A DNA stretch of 62,392 nt, from positions 1 through 62,392 of the forward strand of contig JAHJDO010000005.1 of the NCBI GenBank assembly GCA_018812485.1, written 5' to 3'. Position numbers and translations under genes: made by a program. How positions within the stretch are numbered: position 1 is the first letter of the stretch; every line of letters begins with the position of its first letter. The notes beneath the pieces were generated by a model that was not told the DNA's origin, did no database searches, and saw nothing but the letters and a program-made list of their open reading frames with translations. This DNA is from a bacterium (GTDB lineage Bacteria > JAHJDO01). Below, in pieces: positions 17,528-27,367 of this stretch.

Positions 17528-18580
17528 ATGGAATACCAGCCAGACTATAGGCATTTTACTGATGTAATGAGGAACGTGCATCCGTCAAGATTGCCGGTCT
17601 ATGAACACAGTATCAGCCCCAACGTGATGGAGATCGTGCTAGACACGAAATTCTCAAATCTGGCGCAGGGAGATCAGGCGGATCTCGACGAGTTCTTTCG
17701 TTACTACTGTCGTTTCTTTCGGGAGATGACTTACGACGTTGTCTCCTTTGAGGTGGGCATAACAGAGATTCTCCCAGAGCACGGTGCGATCATGGGAGGC
17801 AAGCCTGGTCCAATTCAGAGCCGTTCCGATTTTGAGTTATACCCTTGGGATGAATTACCACAGAAATTTGCGCAATATGCCATCCCGAAGTTTGATTCAC
17901 TTATTGCATCAATGCCGAATGGGATGAAGGCAGTCGGCGGAGTTGGTAACGGCGTTTTCGAGATAAGCGAGGACCTTGTGGGTCTCGAATACCTTCCGTT
18001 TATGCAAGTCGACGATCCTGATCTATACTCGGATCTATTTAAGAAGATCGGTGACACGATGTGCGCTATCTGGACAGAATTCGTGAATCGATATGAGAGC
18101 ACTTTCATCGCGTGTCGTGTCGGTGACGATCTTGGGTTTAAATCCTCTCTCCTGACTAACCCCACAACGGTAAGTGAACACATTATTCCGCAATACAGGC
18201 GAGTTATTAATATCGTTCATACCGCCGGTAAGTCATTTCTTTGGCACTCATGTGGCTGCATTTTTGAGGTCATGGAAGCTTTTATCGCACTGGGGATTGA
18301 TGCGAAGCATTCAAACGAAGATGCGATCGCTCCGTTTGACCGATGGATACAGGAGTACGGAAGTAGAATTGGATTGCTTGGCGGCTTTGATATGAACTTC
18401 CTCTGCACGAAGAGCCCTAATGAAATCTACGACGTTGTCTTTGATTCAGGGCAACGCTATCGCTCAACTGTTCGTGGCTATGCACTCGGTTCCGGCAATT
18501 CGATCCCCGACTATGTTCCCGTAGAGAATTATCTGACCATGATCCGAGCTGCACAAGCAATTCGTGAAAATGAAAAGTAG
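17528..18580 (+). CDS. UROD/MtaA-family protein (uroporphyrinogen decarboxylase-like), G+C-rich
   Basis: AAGGAGAGAG Shine-Dalgarno before the ATG at 17528. The family fold pattern ends in GYALGSGNSIPDYVPVENY. It contains WHSCGCI (H-x-C-G). Three sampled 60-nt lines each hold 31 G+C. Confidence 0.6.
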   Translation: MEYQPDYRHFTDVMRNVHPSRLPVYEHSISPNVMEIVLDTKFSNLAQGDQADLDEFFRYYCRFFREMTYDVVSFEVGITEILPEHGAIMGGKPGPIQSRSDFELYPWDELPQKFAQYAIPKFDSLIASMPNGMKAVGGVGNGVFEISEDLVGLEYLPFMQVDDPDLYSDLFKKIGDTMCAIWTEFVNRYESTFIACRVGDDLGFKSSLLTNPTTVSEHIIPQYRRVINIVHTAGKSFLWHSCGCIFEVMEAFIALGIDAKHSNEDAIAPFDRWIQEYGSRIGLLGGFDMNFLCTKSPNEIYDVVFDSGQRYRSTVRGYALGSGNSIPDYVPVENYLTMIRAAQAIRENEK

Positions 18581-18604
18581 TGCAGATCGTTGGAAATAAA
18601 AACA

Positions 18605-20389
18605 ATGACACAAACTAATCTATGGAAAAGGACTTACCTCTGCGGGCATGTGAGCAAAAGAGATGTTGGGCAGCGGGTTGTTGTAATGGGATGGGCAAGG
18701 ACATTACGTGACCATGGAGGGGTGATATTTATTGATCTTGCTGACAGAGAGGGGATTGTACAAATCGTATGCAACACTGAGGTTAGCACAGAGACACATA
18801 AGATAGCAGGTAGTATAAGAAACGAATGGGTCATTGCAGTAAGTGGAGAAGTAAAAAACAGAACTTCTGACACAATCAATCTTGGTATTCCAACCGGAGA
18901 AATAGAGATATTCGCAGAAGAGATAAAGATATTCTCCAAATCTAAGGCATTGCCGTTTGAAATCAATAACGATATAGACACATCAGAAGAGATAAGATTA
19001 AAATACAGATATCTTGACTTGCGTCGACCGGATATGTTGAAAAATATAATCATAAGACATAAAGTGTGTCAGGCTACAAGAAGCTATTTATCTAACCAGG
19101 GCTTTATAGAAATAGAGACTCCTGTACTTACAAAAAGCACTCCTGAAGGTGCAAGGGATTATCTTGTTCCAAGCCGCATTAATCCTGGTAAATTTTTCGC
19201 TTTACCTCAATCTCCGCAGGTATTTAAACAGATCCTGATGGTTGCAGGCATAGATAAATATTTCCAAATCGCTAAATGCTTTAGAGATGAAGATCTTCGG
19301 GCTGACAGACAGCCTGAATTCACTCAAATAGACATAGAGATGTCATTTGTAGACGAAGAGGATATCTATAAACTAACAGAAGGTCTAGTGTCTCGTATTT
19401 TTAGCGAAGTTTTGGATATAAAAATAAAAACTCCTTTTAAACGGTTTACATACAAAGAGTCAATGAACATATACGGAACTGACAAGCCCGACATCCGGTT
19501 CGGGCTTGAGTTTGTAGACATTGGAGACGTTTTTGAAAACACCTCATTTAACGTGTTTAAAAAGGTTATTGAAAATGGGGGACAAATAAAAGCAATAAAC
19601 ATTAAAGATGGGGCGCAGATTTCATTGAAGGAAATAGAAAACCTTACTTCAATTGCATGCGCAGGCGGCGCAAAAGGAATGGCATGGATAAGAGTTGCAG
19701 AGGACGGAATGAAATCTCCTATAATTAAGTTTTTTAAAGAAGATGAAATTGATCTGCTTTCGAAGAAAATGCATACAGAAGTTGGTGATCTACTTGTTTT
19801 TGTTGGCGATACTCCTGATATTGTTGCTAATTCATTAAAAGATGTGAGGAACTACCTTGGGGGAAAAATGGGTCTTATAGATGAAAATAAATTTGAATTT
19901 GTCTGGGTCACAGATTATCCCTTACTAAAATGGAATGAAGAAGAGGAAAGGTTTCAGGCAGAGCATCATCCCTTTACAGCGCCAAAGGAAGAAGATGTTC
20001 CGTTACTTGACACTGCTCCTGGGAAAATAATGTCCAGATCTTATGATTTAGTATTAAACGGAATTGAAGTATGTAGCGGCAGCATAAGAATTCACTCCAG
20101 AGAAATACAGGAGAAAGTTTTTAAGCTTTTGAAAATTGATAGGGGAGAGGCAAAAAAAAGATTTGGTCATTTGCTTGAGGCGTTCGATTATGGAGTTCCT
20201 CCACACGGAGGTATTGCTCCTGGATTGGATAGGCTTATAATGCTTATGACTGGAAGTAAATCAATTAGAGATGTGATTGCATTTCCTAAAACCCAAAAGG
20301 CTATTTCTCTCATGGACGGCTCTCCGTCAGAGGTGACTGAAAACCAACTGAAGGAATTACACATTAGACTATTAAAAGGCAATGAATAA
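18605..20389 (+). CDS. aspS: Aspartate--tRNA ligase
   Basis: Motifs [45 protein letters not shown] and [10 protein letters not shown]. The canonical N-terminus begins at the ATG at 18605. Confidence 0.95.
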   Translation: MTQTNLWKRTYLCGHVSKRDVGQRVVVMGWARTLRDHGGVIFIDLADREGIVQIVCNTEVSTETHKIAGSIRNEWVIAVSGEVKNRTSDTINLGIPTGEIEIFAEEIKIFSKSKALPFEINNDIDTSEEIRLKYRYLDLRRPDMLKNIIIRHKVCQATRSYLSNQGFIEIETPVLTKSTPEGARDYLVPSRINPGKFFALPQSPQVFKQILMVAGIDKYFQIAKCFRDEDLRADRQPEFTQIDIEMSFVDEEDIYKLTEGLVSRIFSEVLDIKIKTPFKRFTYKESMNIYGTDKPDIRFGLEFVDIGDVFENTSFNVFKKVIENGGQIKAINIKDGAQISLKEIENLTSIACAGGAKGMAWIRVAEDGMKSPIIKFFKEDEIDLLSKKMHTEVGDLLVFVGDTPDIVANSLKDVRNYLGGKMGLIDENKFEFVWVTDYPLLKWNEEEERFQAEHHPFTAPKEEDVPLLDTAPGKIMSRSYDLVLNGIEVCSGSIRIHSREIQEKVFKLLKIDRGEAKKRFGHLLEAFDYGVPPHGGIAPGLDRLIMLMTGSKSIRDVIAFPKTQKAISLMDGSPSEVTENQLKELHIRLLKGNE

Positions 20390-22568
20390 ATCCAATATTA
20401 CTAAGAGAAAAAAGATCCTGTACCGCTGGCTGCTTGGAATAGTGGTGTATTTTGCGCTTGTAGGCTCATTAATTCCCACTATTAAAGTACATAGAATAAA
20501 CATTAAAGAATCAGATATTGCCAAAGTCGACATTTTTTCTCCGTGTAACTTCCCTGTTGTAGATAAAGAAAAAACGGCCATTGCTCAACAGGAAGCTGTG
20601 CGCAAGACAAAACCTGTTTATGAGATAGACACTAAAATACTACAGGTCAGTAGAAAAAAATTATACCAAATTTTTGATGAAATAGAAAAGTTATATCAGT
20701 CAAAGATTAAAACACCAGAACATGATATAGAAATACCTGAAGAAATTGCAGGAATTACACTATCTTCTAAACTAACAAATTTATTTGTTGAATGTTATGA
20801 CAAAACACTCCAGAAAAAAGCAACAGACATTCTTGATAACTTCCTTTCAACAGGTGTTATTAAAAACCAGAAGGAACTTACTGGAGAGCATAAAGAAGTT
20901 TACATAAAAGATAAACATTCTGAGGCTGGTTGGGGAGTGAGCATAAATAAGATAATATCTGTTGAAAATATAGATATTATTATCCAATCCCGTGTTGAAG
21001 AAAAGATTGAAAATAAAAAGTTAGTAAAACCGACAAGCTTACTCATTAAAGCCCTTATTGTTCCAAACATATCTTATGATCGCATAGAAACAGAAAAGGA
21101 AAAAGAACGAGCTATTAAGAATGCTCCTCTGCAATATAAAACGATATCTAAAGGAGAAAGCATAATAAGAAAAGGAGAAAAAGTTACAAAGGAACAATTA
21201 GAATATATAAATGCCCTAAACCAGTTTTCGGGGAAATCCCGTCTTAACTGGCTTAAACAGATTGCAGGCGTATGTCTTTCCTTTCTTATAATCATCTTCA
21301 TCCTGGATATATACATTAATAAGTTCTTACAGCATATATTTTCGAATATTACCGCACTGGCTATTGTCAGCTTAGTTATTATAGGCTTTGTAGCTGTTAA
21401 CAAAATCATTCTTGCTTTTTCTCTATCTCCATATTTAATCCCAACAGCTGCAGTGGCAATTATGCTGGCTACATTACTTAATGTTGAGATAGCTTTTATA
21501 ATAAATCTAGCACTCTGTATTTTTATTGGCATAGCTACGGATTATAAGTTCGATTATTTCTTTGTTGCAACGGTTGGTGGGATAACTGCCATACTTTACA
21601 GCACTCAGACCAAGCGCCGAATTGATATAATAAAAATGGGTTTTATAGTTGGCTTAGTAAATGTAGCAACAATAATAAGCATAGATCTACATAAGGGAAT
21701 AATTTTAGGCATAATGTTTGATCATATTAAATGGGGCTTTGCTAATGGCATTGTCTCGTCATTCATTGCTGCGGGGCTTCTGCCGATACTGGAGCACTCA
21801 TTTAATATCCCAACTGACGCAAAACTTCTTGAATTACTCGACCTTAATCAGCCTGTACTTAAACAGCTTTCCAAAGAAGCGCCCGGCACATATCAAAGCT
21901 GTCTTGCTGTTGGAACTCTTGCAGAAGCTGCCAGTGACAGCATAAAGGCAAACTCTTTACTTAGTAAAGTCGCATCTTATTACCACGACATAGGAAAAAT
22001 TAAGAAGGCTTCATACTTTATTGAAAACCAAATTCAGAACAAAAATGTACATAATAAAATAACTCCGATTATGAGCAATCTTGTACTAATCTCTCATGTA
22101 AAAGACGGTGCCAAAGCTGCAAAAGAGGCAAATTTGCCTAAACTTATAACTGATATTATTGAACAGCATCATGGTACAACTCTGACCTCTTTTTTCTTTC
22201 AGCGTGCATTGGAAAACGACAATAATAACTCTGTAAAAGAAGAAGATTTCCGCTATCCAGGACCAAAACCGCAGACAAAGGAAGCGGCAATTGTAATGCT
22301 CGCAGATTCTGTAGAGGCTGCTTCCAGAACATTAAAGGATCCTACTTCAACCAGAATTAAGACTATGGTTGAAAAAATCATAAACAATAAATTTAGTGAT
22401 AATCAACTTGATGAGAGCACTCTGACCCTGAAAGATCTGAGCAAGATTGCTGAAAGCTTTACACATATCTTGATAAGCATGTTTCATTCAAGAATTGAAT
22501 ACCCGGACACAACTGGAAGTAATGGAAGTAGAGATAAACAACCTTCAAAAAAAGACAAAAATAAATAA
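20382..22568 (+). CDS. pgpH: PgpH-like 7TM receptor with an intracellular HD/HDIG phosphohydrolase domain
   Basis: Extracellular N-domain, a multi-TM core, then YHDIGK and [10 protein letters not shown] motifs. It sits in the conserved pgpH-ybeY-dgkA gene order. Confidence 0.8.
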   Translation: MNKSNITKRKKILYRWLLGIVVYFALVGSLIPTIKVHRINIKESDIAKVDIFSPCNFPVVDKEKTAIAQQEAVRKTKPVYEIDTKILQVSRKKLYQIFDEIEKLYQSKIKTPEHDIEIPEEIAGITLSSKLTNLFVECYDKTLQKKATDILDNFLSTGVIKNQKELTGEHKEVYIKDKHSEAGWGVSINKIISVENIDIIIQSRVEEKIENKKLVKPTSLLIKALIVPNISYDRIETEKEKERAIKNAPLQYKTISKGESIIRKGEKVTKEQLEYINALNQFSGKSRLNWLKQIAGVCLSFLIIIFILDIYINKFLQHIFSNITALAIVSLVIIGFVAVNKIILAFSLSPYLIPTAAVAIMLATLLNVEIAFIINLALCIFIGIATDYKFDYFFVATVGGITAILYSTQTKRRIDIIKMGFIVGLVNVATIISIDLHKGIILGIMFDHIKWGFANGIVSSFIAAGLLPILEHSFNIPTDAKLLELLDLNQPVLKQLSKEAPGTYQSCLAVGTLAEAASDSIKANSLLSKVASYYHDIGKIKKASYFIENQIQNKNVHNKITPIMSNLVLISHVKDGAKAAKEANLPKLITDIIEQHHGTTLTSFFFQRALENDNNNSVKEEDFRYPGPKPQTKEAAIVMLADSVEAASRTLKDPTSTRIKTMVEKIINNKFSDNQLDESTLTLKDLSKIAESFTHILISMFHSRIEYPDTTGSNGSRDKQPSKKDKNK

Positions 22569-22956
22569 CAGTTTGCTTAGGAAAGCCATTTTACACACTT
22601 TAAAAAGTGAAAGATGTCCTCAAGACACTCATGTCAGTGTTGCCATTGTAACGGATTCTAAGATAAAAAAGCTGAATACAACATACAGAAAAAAATGCTC
22701 TGTTACTGATATTCTAGCGTTTCCAATGCATGAGAAAGAATTTCCACAAATATGTAGGAGTATACTTGGAGAGATTGTAATATCTGCAGAATCAGCTGAA
22801 ATACAGGCAAAAAACATGAATATTCCTTTTGATGAGGAAATGATACGTCTATCAGTTCATGGAACATTACACTTGCTTTCCTATACAGATACTTCTACAC
22901 ATTATGCAAAAAAGATGATAACTCGCCAGGAACAGCTAGTAAGGGAATTAATATGA
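22522..22956 (+). CDS. ybeY: Endoribonuclease YbeY (rRNA maturation factor), with an atypical metal motif
   Basis: HGTLHLLSYTDTSTH aligns with the canonical HGxLHLLGYDH. The N-terminus MEVEINN fits the family. The gene overlaps the 3' end of pgpH. Confidence 0.8.
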   Translation: MEVEINNLQKKTKINNSLLRKAILHTLKSERCPQDTHVSVAIVTDSKIKKLNTTYRKKCSVTDILAFPMHEKEFPQICRSILGEIVISAESAEIQAKNMNIPFDEEMIRLSVHGTLHLLSYTDTSTHYAKKMITRQEQLVRELI

Positions 22957-23666
22957 AACAGAGAAGCTTGTTAGAAAGCTTTAACAATGCTATTGACGGA
23001 TTTATATATACTTTAAAAACACAAAAGAATATGAGAATTCATTTTCTTATAGCTGCTGCTGTGTTTATAATTAGCCTGTTTCTAAAACTAACAAGAGTTG
23101 AATTTATTATTCTGTGCTGTACAGTAACATTGGTTTTAGTTGCAGAGATGCTTAATACTGCTATTGAATTACTTATAGACATGTTTACAAAAGCGTATCA
23201 TCCTGTAGCGCGTGTTGTTAAAAATATTGTTGCTGGAGTGGTTTTTATATGTTCTGTGAATGCTGTTCTCGTAGGCTATCTTCTTCTTGTTTATTCTCTG
23301 CAATCGCCTGCAGAATCAGTCATAGACAAGGCAAAAGGCTCAACGTATCACATCACGTTTATTGTTTTAATTGGAGTTCTGATGACTACTCTCATTACAA
23401 AAATATTTTTTAAGAGAGGGACTGTTCTGCATGGAGGAATGCCAAGCGGACATAGTGCCTTAGCATTTGCAATAGCTACAATCATAACTCTTCTAACGTT
23501 ACCAAATAAACTAATTATTGCTGCACTTGTCTTTCTACTGGCTTCTATGATAGCACGCAGTAGAGTAAAAAGACATATTCATACATGGTGGGAGGTAATT
23601 ATGGGAGCTATATTTGGCACAACAGTAACTTTATTGATATTTCAAATATTATCAGCTAAAATATAA
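22953..23666 (+). CDS. dgkA: DgkA-family lipid kinase fused to a PAP2 phosphatase domain
   Basis: The N-terminal half is DgkA-like (NAIDGFIYTLKTQKNMRIH..VAEMLNTAIE). The C-terminal half carries PAP2 motifs PSGH and SRVKRHIHTWWE (SRx5Hx3E). Confidence 0.75.
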   Translation: MKQRSLLESFNNAIDGFIYTLKTQKNMRIHFLIAAAVFIISLFLKLTRVEFIILCCTVTLVLVAEMLNTAIELLIDMFTKAYHPVARVVKNIVAGVVFICSVNAVLVGYLLLVYSLQSPAESVIDKAKGSTYHITFIVLIGVLMTTLITKIFFKRGTVLHGGMPSGHSALAFAIATIITLLTLPNKLIIAALVFLLASMIARSRVKRHIHTWWEVIMGAIFGTTVTLLIFQILSAKI

Positions 23667-23683
23667 AAAGGAGACAATACTAA

Positions 23684-24985
23684 TTGGACATACAATCTAT
23701 ATTTCAGGGTATATGCCTTATCATTCTGCTTTTTCTGTCGGCATTTTTTTCCGGCATAGAAATAGCATTTATGGAGTTAAACAAGTTTCGCATAAAGAAT
23801 CTTGTAGATAAAAATCCAAAAACAAAGAAGCTGTTATTCTGGCTGAAAAATCCTCACAAAGTTTTAACTGTTATTGCTATTTGCAACAATTTCGTCAATA
23901 TAGCTGCCTCTGCAATAGCAACTTCTATAGCAATTACTATTGCAGCAAAACATGGTATGACTAATAGTGCAGGTGTCGGTATATCAGTCGGTGTAATGAC
24001 GTTTCTGATACTGGTTTTTGGAGAAATTACACCAAAAAATTTTGCCAAAATCAATTATGAAGCCCTTGCGTTATTTGCTATAACACCTGTTAGAATTCTC
24101 ACAAATCTCCTCATGCCAGTTGTAAGAGCGTTACTGTTTATAACAAAAATTATTATAAGAATGTTTGGAGGACGGATTGAGAAAGAACCTAGTATTTTAA
24201 CAGGAGAAGAGCTTAAAAGCCTTATAAGTATTGGGAAGGAAGAGGGCGCAATTGAAGAAGAAGAGAAAGAAATGATCAACAGCATATTTGAATTCGGTGA
24301 CACAATAGTAAGAGAAGTAATGGTCCCAAGGACTGATATCCAATCCATAGACCAAAACGAGAGTATTTCTGAAGTAATAAAGACGATCGTAGAAACACGT
24401 CATTCCAGAATACCAATCTATGAGGAAAACATTGATAACATAATAGGAATTTTATATGTTAAGGACTTAATTACTCGCTGGGAAAGTTACAAACAAGGAG
24501 AAAATATTGCATTAAAAGATTTAATTCGCACTCCATATTTTGTCCCTGAAACTAAGAAGGTAAAAGCCTTATTTGCGCTATTTAAGAAGAAAAGAAATCA
24601 TATGGCAATCGTTGTAGATGAATACGGTGGTACGGCAGGACTTGTTACTATTGAGGACGTAATAGAGGAAATTCTCGGAGAAATAGAGGATGAACACGAT
24701 CGCGAAGATGACCAATTTCAAGCTCTTGGCAATGGCGTGACTCTAATAGACGGTAGAACAAATATAGACACAGTTAATGAAGAGCTTGATATACAGATTC
24801 CTCAAGGGGACGACTATGATTCTATAGCTGGATTTATTGTAAATAGATTAGGCAGAGTTCCCAAAACGGGTGAAATAGTAAACTACAAAAATCTCAAGAT
24901 AGTAGTTGCTGAGGCAGGGCCAAGACATGTAAGCAAAATAAAGATCGCCAGATTAGAACAAAAGGAAGATAATAAAAATGAATAA
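23684..24985 (+). CDS. CNNM/CorC/HlyC-family transporter (DUF21 + CBS pair + CorC_HlyC)
   Basis: TTG start 9 nt after AGGAG. DUF21 TM region, then the CBS region VMVPRTDI...IPIYEE and the CorC C-domain. Confidence 0.85.
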   Translation: MDIQSIFQGICLIILLFLSAFFSGIEIAFMELNKFRIKNLVDKNPKTKKLLFWLKNPHKVLTVIAICNNFVNIAASAIATSIAITIAAKHGMTNSAGVGISVGVMTFLILVFGEITPKNFAKINYEALALFAITPVRILTNLLMPVVRALLFITKIIIRMFGGRIEKEPSILTGEELKSLISIGKEEGAIEEEEKEMINSIFEFGDTIVREVMVPRTDIQSIDQNESISEVIKTIVETRHSRIPIYEENIDNIIGILYVKDLITRWESYKQGENIALKDLIRTPYFVPETKKVKALFALFKKKRNHMAIVVDEYGGTAGLVTIEDVIEEILGEIEDEHDREDDQFQALGNGVTLIDGRTNIDTVNEELDIQIPQGDDYDSIAGFIVNRLGRVPKTGEIVNYKNLKIVVAEAGPRHVSKIKIARLEQKEDNKNE

Positions 24986-25610
24986 ATTGCTTGCTAAACT
25001 AAGAGCGAATTTTATGGCAGGTATTTTAGTTATACTGCCCATTCTTGTAACCTATGAAATTGTCAAATTCATAATTGTAAAAGTAAAAGTGCTGCATTTT
25101 GCAAATGTTGTTACGCCTGAATGGATAGAGCATCCTATATATTTCAGATATATCACAATAGGGATAGCAGTGCTGGTAATACTGGCAGCAATCTTCATAA
25201 TACTGACCGTTATCGGGATGCTTGCGAGGAATGTTATTGGAAAACGCTTAATCCTTTTTGGAGAGAGCGTTTTAGCAAGAATTCCAATGGTAAATAAGAT
25301 ATACAGAGCAGTTCAACAAATTAGTCATGCTTTTGTAGGCAAAGTAATTTTTACTCGTGTTGTTCTATTACAATACCCACGTAAAGGGATTTATTCTATG
25401 GGATTTGTGACTTCTGATACAAAAGGTGAAATAGGTTCTAAAATTTCCAAGGATTCAATTAACGTATTTCTGCCTACGACACCAAATCCAACCTCAGGAT
25501 ATTTATTGTTTGTACCTGAGAAGGATACAATTCCACTCTCTATGAGCGTTGAAGATGCCATGAAATTAGTGATTTCAGGTGGTGCAGTTACACCAAATTA
25601 TAACAAATAA
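24978..25610 (+). CDS. DUF502 family membrane protein
   Basis: Two N-terminal TM helices and the family motif PTTPNPTSGYLLFVP. Confidence 0.7.
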   Translation: MNKLLAKLRANFMAGILVILPILVTYEIVKFIIVKVKVLHFANVVTPEWIEHPIYFRYITIGIAVLVILAAIFIILTVIGMLARNVIGKRLILFGESVLARIPMVNKIYRAVQQISHAFVGKVIFTRVVLLQYPRKGIYSMGFVTSDTKGEIGSKISKDSINVFLPTTPNPTSGYLLFVPEKDTIPLSMSVEDAMKLVISGGAVTPNYNK

Positions 25611-25613
25611 AAA

Positions 25614-26138
25614 ATGCGGACTTTAAGGTTATGCACATTTTTAGTTGTATTAACATTAGTGACAATGTTTAGTGTAGGGGCAGGTTTGAAACCTGCCCTT
25701 TCAGAAGAAAAAATACAGGAGTTCTCACTTACTAAAACTGATGAAGTTAAGAAAAGGTGGAATTTAGAAGCAGAAAGTGCTGATCTATCTGGGGATCCCA
25801 TAATAAAGCTATATGATGTTAAATTATCTATTTTTGAAGAACAAAAAGTAACAATTCACTTAACAGGAGAACAAGGAGATATCAATAAAAAAACTGAAGA
25901 CATCCATCTTGAAAAAAATATTATTGGCAGAAGAGTGGATGGTACGCAAATAAAAACAGAATATATTGACTGGATGGCAAAAACAGAGACTTTTAATACA
26001 GAGGCTAAAGTTTTTATAACACGCAAAAACATAAGACTTACCGGGCATGGTTTAAGAGCAGATCCAGGATTTAAAACTATGTATATTAAGAAATTTCCTG
26101 TAATGGAAATAAGTAGGGAAGATACAAGTGAAAATTAA
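25614..26138 (+). CDS. lptC: LPS export protein LptC-like
   Basis: N-terminal TM anchor followed by a beta-jellyroll-like sequence. It lies immediately upstream of lptA and lptB. Confidence 0.65.
   Translation: MRTLRLCTFLVVLTLVTMFSVGAGLKPALSEEKIQEFSLTKTDEVKKRWNLEAESADLSGDPIIKLYDVKLSIFEEQKVTIHLTGEQGDINKKTEDIHLEKNIIGRRVDGTQIKTEYIDWMAKTETFNTEAKVFITRKNIRLTGHGLRADPGFKTMYIKKFPVMEISREDTSEN
25674..25698 (+). repeat. GTAGGGG-type REP-like hairpin embedded in the lptC coding sequence
   Basis: GTAGGGGCAGGTT-TGA-AACCTGCCC has a perfect 9-bp stem at 25678-25698. It encodes VGAGLKPA at the end of the LptC TM helix. Confidence 0.55.
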
Positions 26139-26676
26139 AAATTTTACCCTTATCTCTCTCATTTGCATTATATTCGGAGCTTCGTTCTCTATACAAGCTG
26201 CTGAGAACAATGAAAAAAAGAAGATAACGAGGATAACCAGTGACAGAATGGAAATGAATTGGAGCAAAAATGTCGCTATTTTCATAGGAAATGCACTGCT
26301 TGTTGACGAGGATGGCAAGGTAGAAGCAGATAGAATGGAGGTTTTTTTAGTCGCTTCAGAAGAAGACGAGAATAAAGAAGAGGATATTGAAAAAGTTATT
26401 GCTACAGGGAATGTCAAAATAACAACTCCTGAGAGAAGGACAAAATCTGGTAAAGCAGTATTCCATAAAAAAGAAGATATTCTCATACTCTATGATAATC
26501 CTGAAGTGTGGCAGAAAGGAACCTGTTTTACAGGGGGAAGAATTACCTTTGATCTTAAAAAAGACACTATGATTATAGATAAAGACGTTCAGGGCTCTCT
26601 TGAATCCAAAGAGACAAAAACAACAGAATCTCCTGAGGAGGAAGATGCAGATATTACAGACAAAAAATCTCATTAA
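26128..26676 (+). CDS. lptA: LPS transport periplasmic protein LptA (OstA-like)
   Basis: GTG start after GGGAAG. Signal peptide, then OstA-type repeats (ITSDRMEMNWSKNVAIFIGNALLVDEDGKVEADRMEVF). Confidence 0.75.
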   Translation: MKIKNFTLISLICIIFGASFSIQAAENNEKKKITRITSDRMEMNWSKNVAIFIGNALLVDEDGKVEADRMEVFLVASEEDENKEEDIEKVIATGNVKITTPERRTKSGKAVFHKKEDILILYDNPEVWQKGTCFTGGRITFDLKKDTMIIDKDVQGSLESKETKTTESPEEEDADITDKKSH

Positions 26677-27367
26677 AGATTATTCCCACAAGAGAGTAGT
26701 AAATAATCTAAGTATTCAGATTTGCAGTGGGGAAATTGTTGGATTACTTGGACCAAATGGTGCAGGAAAAACAACTACTTTTTACATGATTGCTGGTCTT
26801 ATAAAACCAGATGGAGGTAAAATTCTTCTTAATGATGAAGACATAACATCCTGTCCTATGTCAGAGCGCGCAAGAAAAGGGCTAGGATACCTATCTCAGG
26901 AGCCTTCTATCTTCAGAAAACTCACTGTTAGAGATAATATTTTTGCAATATTAGAAACACTTCCTTTAACAAAAGAGGAACGTGAGAAAAGGTTACTTGA
27001 ACTGCTTAATGAGCTTAATATTACTCATCTCAAAAATCGCAAGGCTTATACACTCTCAGGAGGAGAAAAAAGAAGAGTAGAAATATCAAGAGCCTTAGTA
27101 ACCCGGCCATCTATTCTCTTGCTTGACGAACCCTTTACTGGAATAGATCCAATAGCTGTAGTTGATATACAGGGTATTCTCAAGGATCTAAAGAAAAAGG
27201 GCTATGGTGTGCTTATTACAGATCATAGTGTCAGAGAAACATTAGAGATTACGGACCATGCTTACATCATTCACGATGGTCAAATCCTCACCGCAGGAAC
27301 TCCTAAAAAAATATTATCACACAAAGGAGCCCGCAAATCATACTTTGGGGAAGATTTTTCACTCTAA
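26645..27367 (+). CDS. lptB: LPS export ABC transporter ATP-binding protein LptB
   Basis: GPNGAGKTT, LSGGEKRRVEISRAL and LLLDEP motifs. A GAGGAGGA Shine-Dalgarno precedes the ATG at 26645. Confidence 0.9.
   Translation: MQILQTKNLIKDYSHKRVVNNLSIQICSGEIVGLLGPNGAGKTTTFYMIAGLIKPDGGKILLNDEDITSCPMSERARKGLGYLSQEPSIFRKLTVRDNIFAILETLPLTKEEREKRLLELLNELNITHLKNRKAYTLSGGEKRRVEISRALVTRPSILLLDEPFTGIDPIAVVDIQGILKDLKKKGYGVLITDHSVRETLEITDHAYIIHDGQILTAGTPKKILSHKGARKSYFGEDFSL

Noticed and set aside
25598-25801. 67-aa minus-strand ORF containing ERAGFKPAPT.
   Set aside because: It is the antisense translation of the REP-like hairpin inside lptC, and the lptC frame is the coherent one.
27364-27367. Four-nucleotide convergent overlap of the lptB and FAD-oxidoreductase stop codons (CTAA) as a regulatory feature.
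   Set aside because: This is a trivial consequence of tight packing, and no hairpin or conserved element is associated with it.
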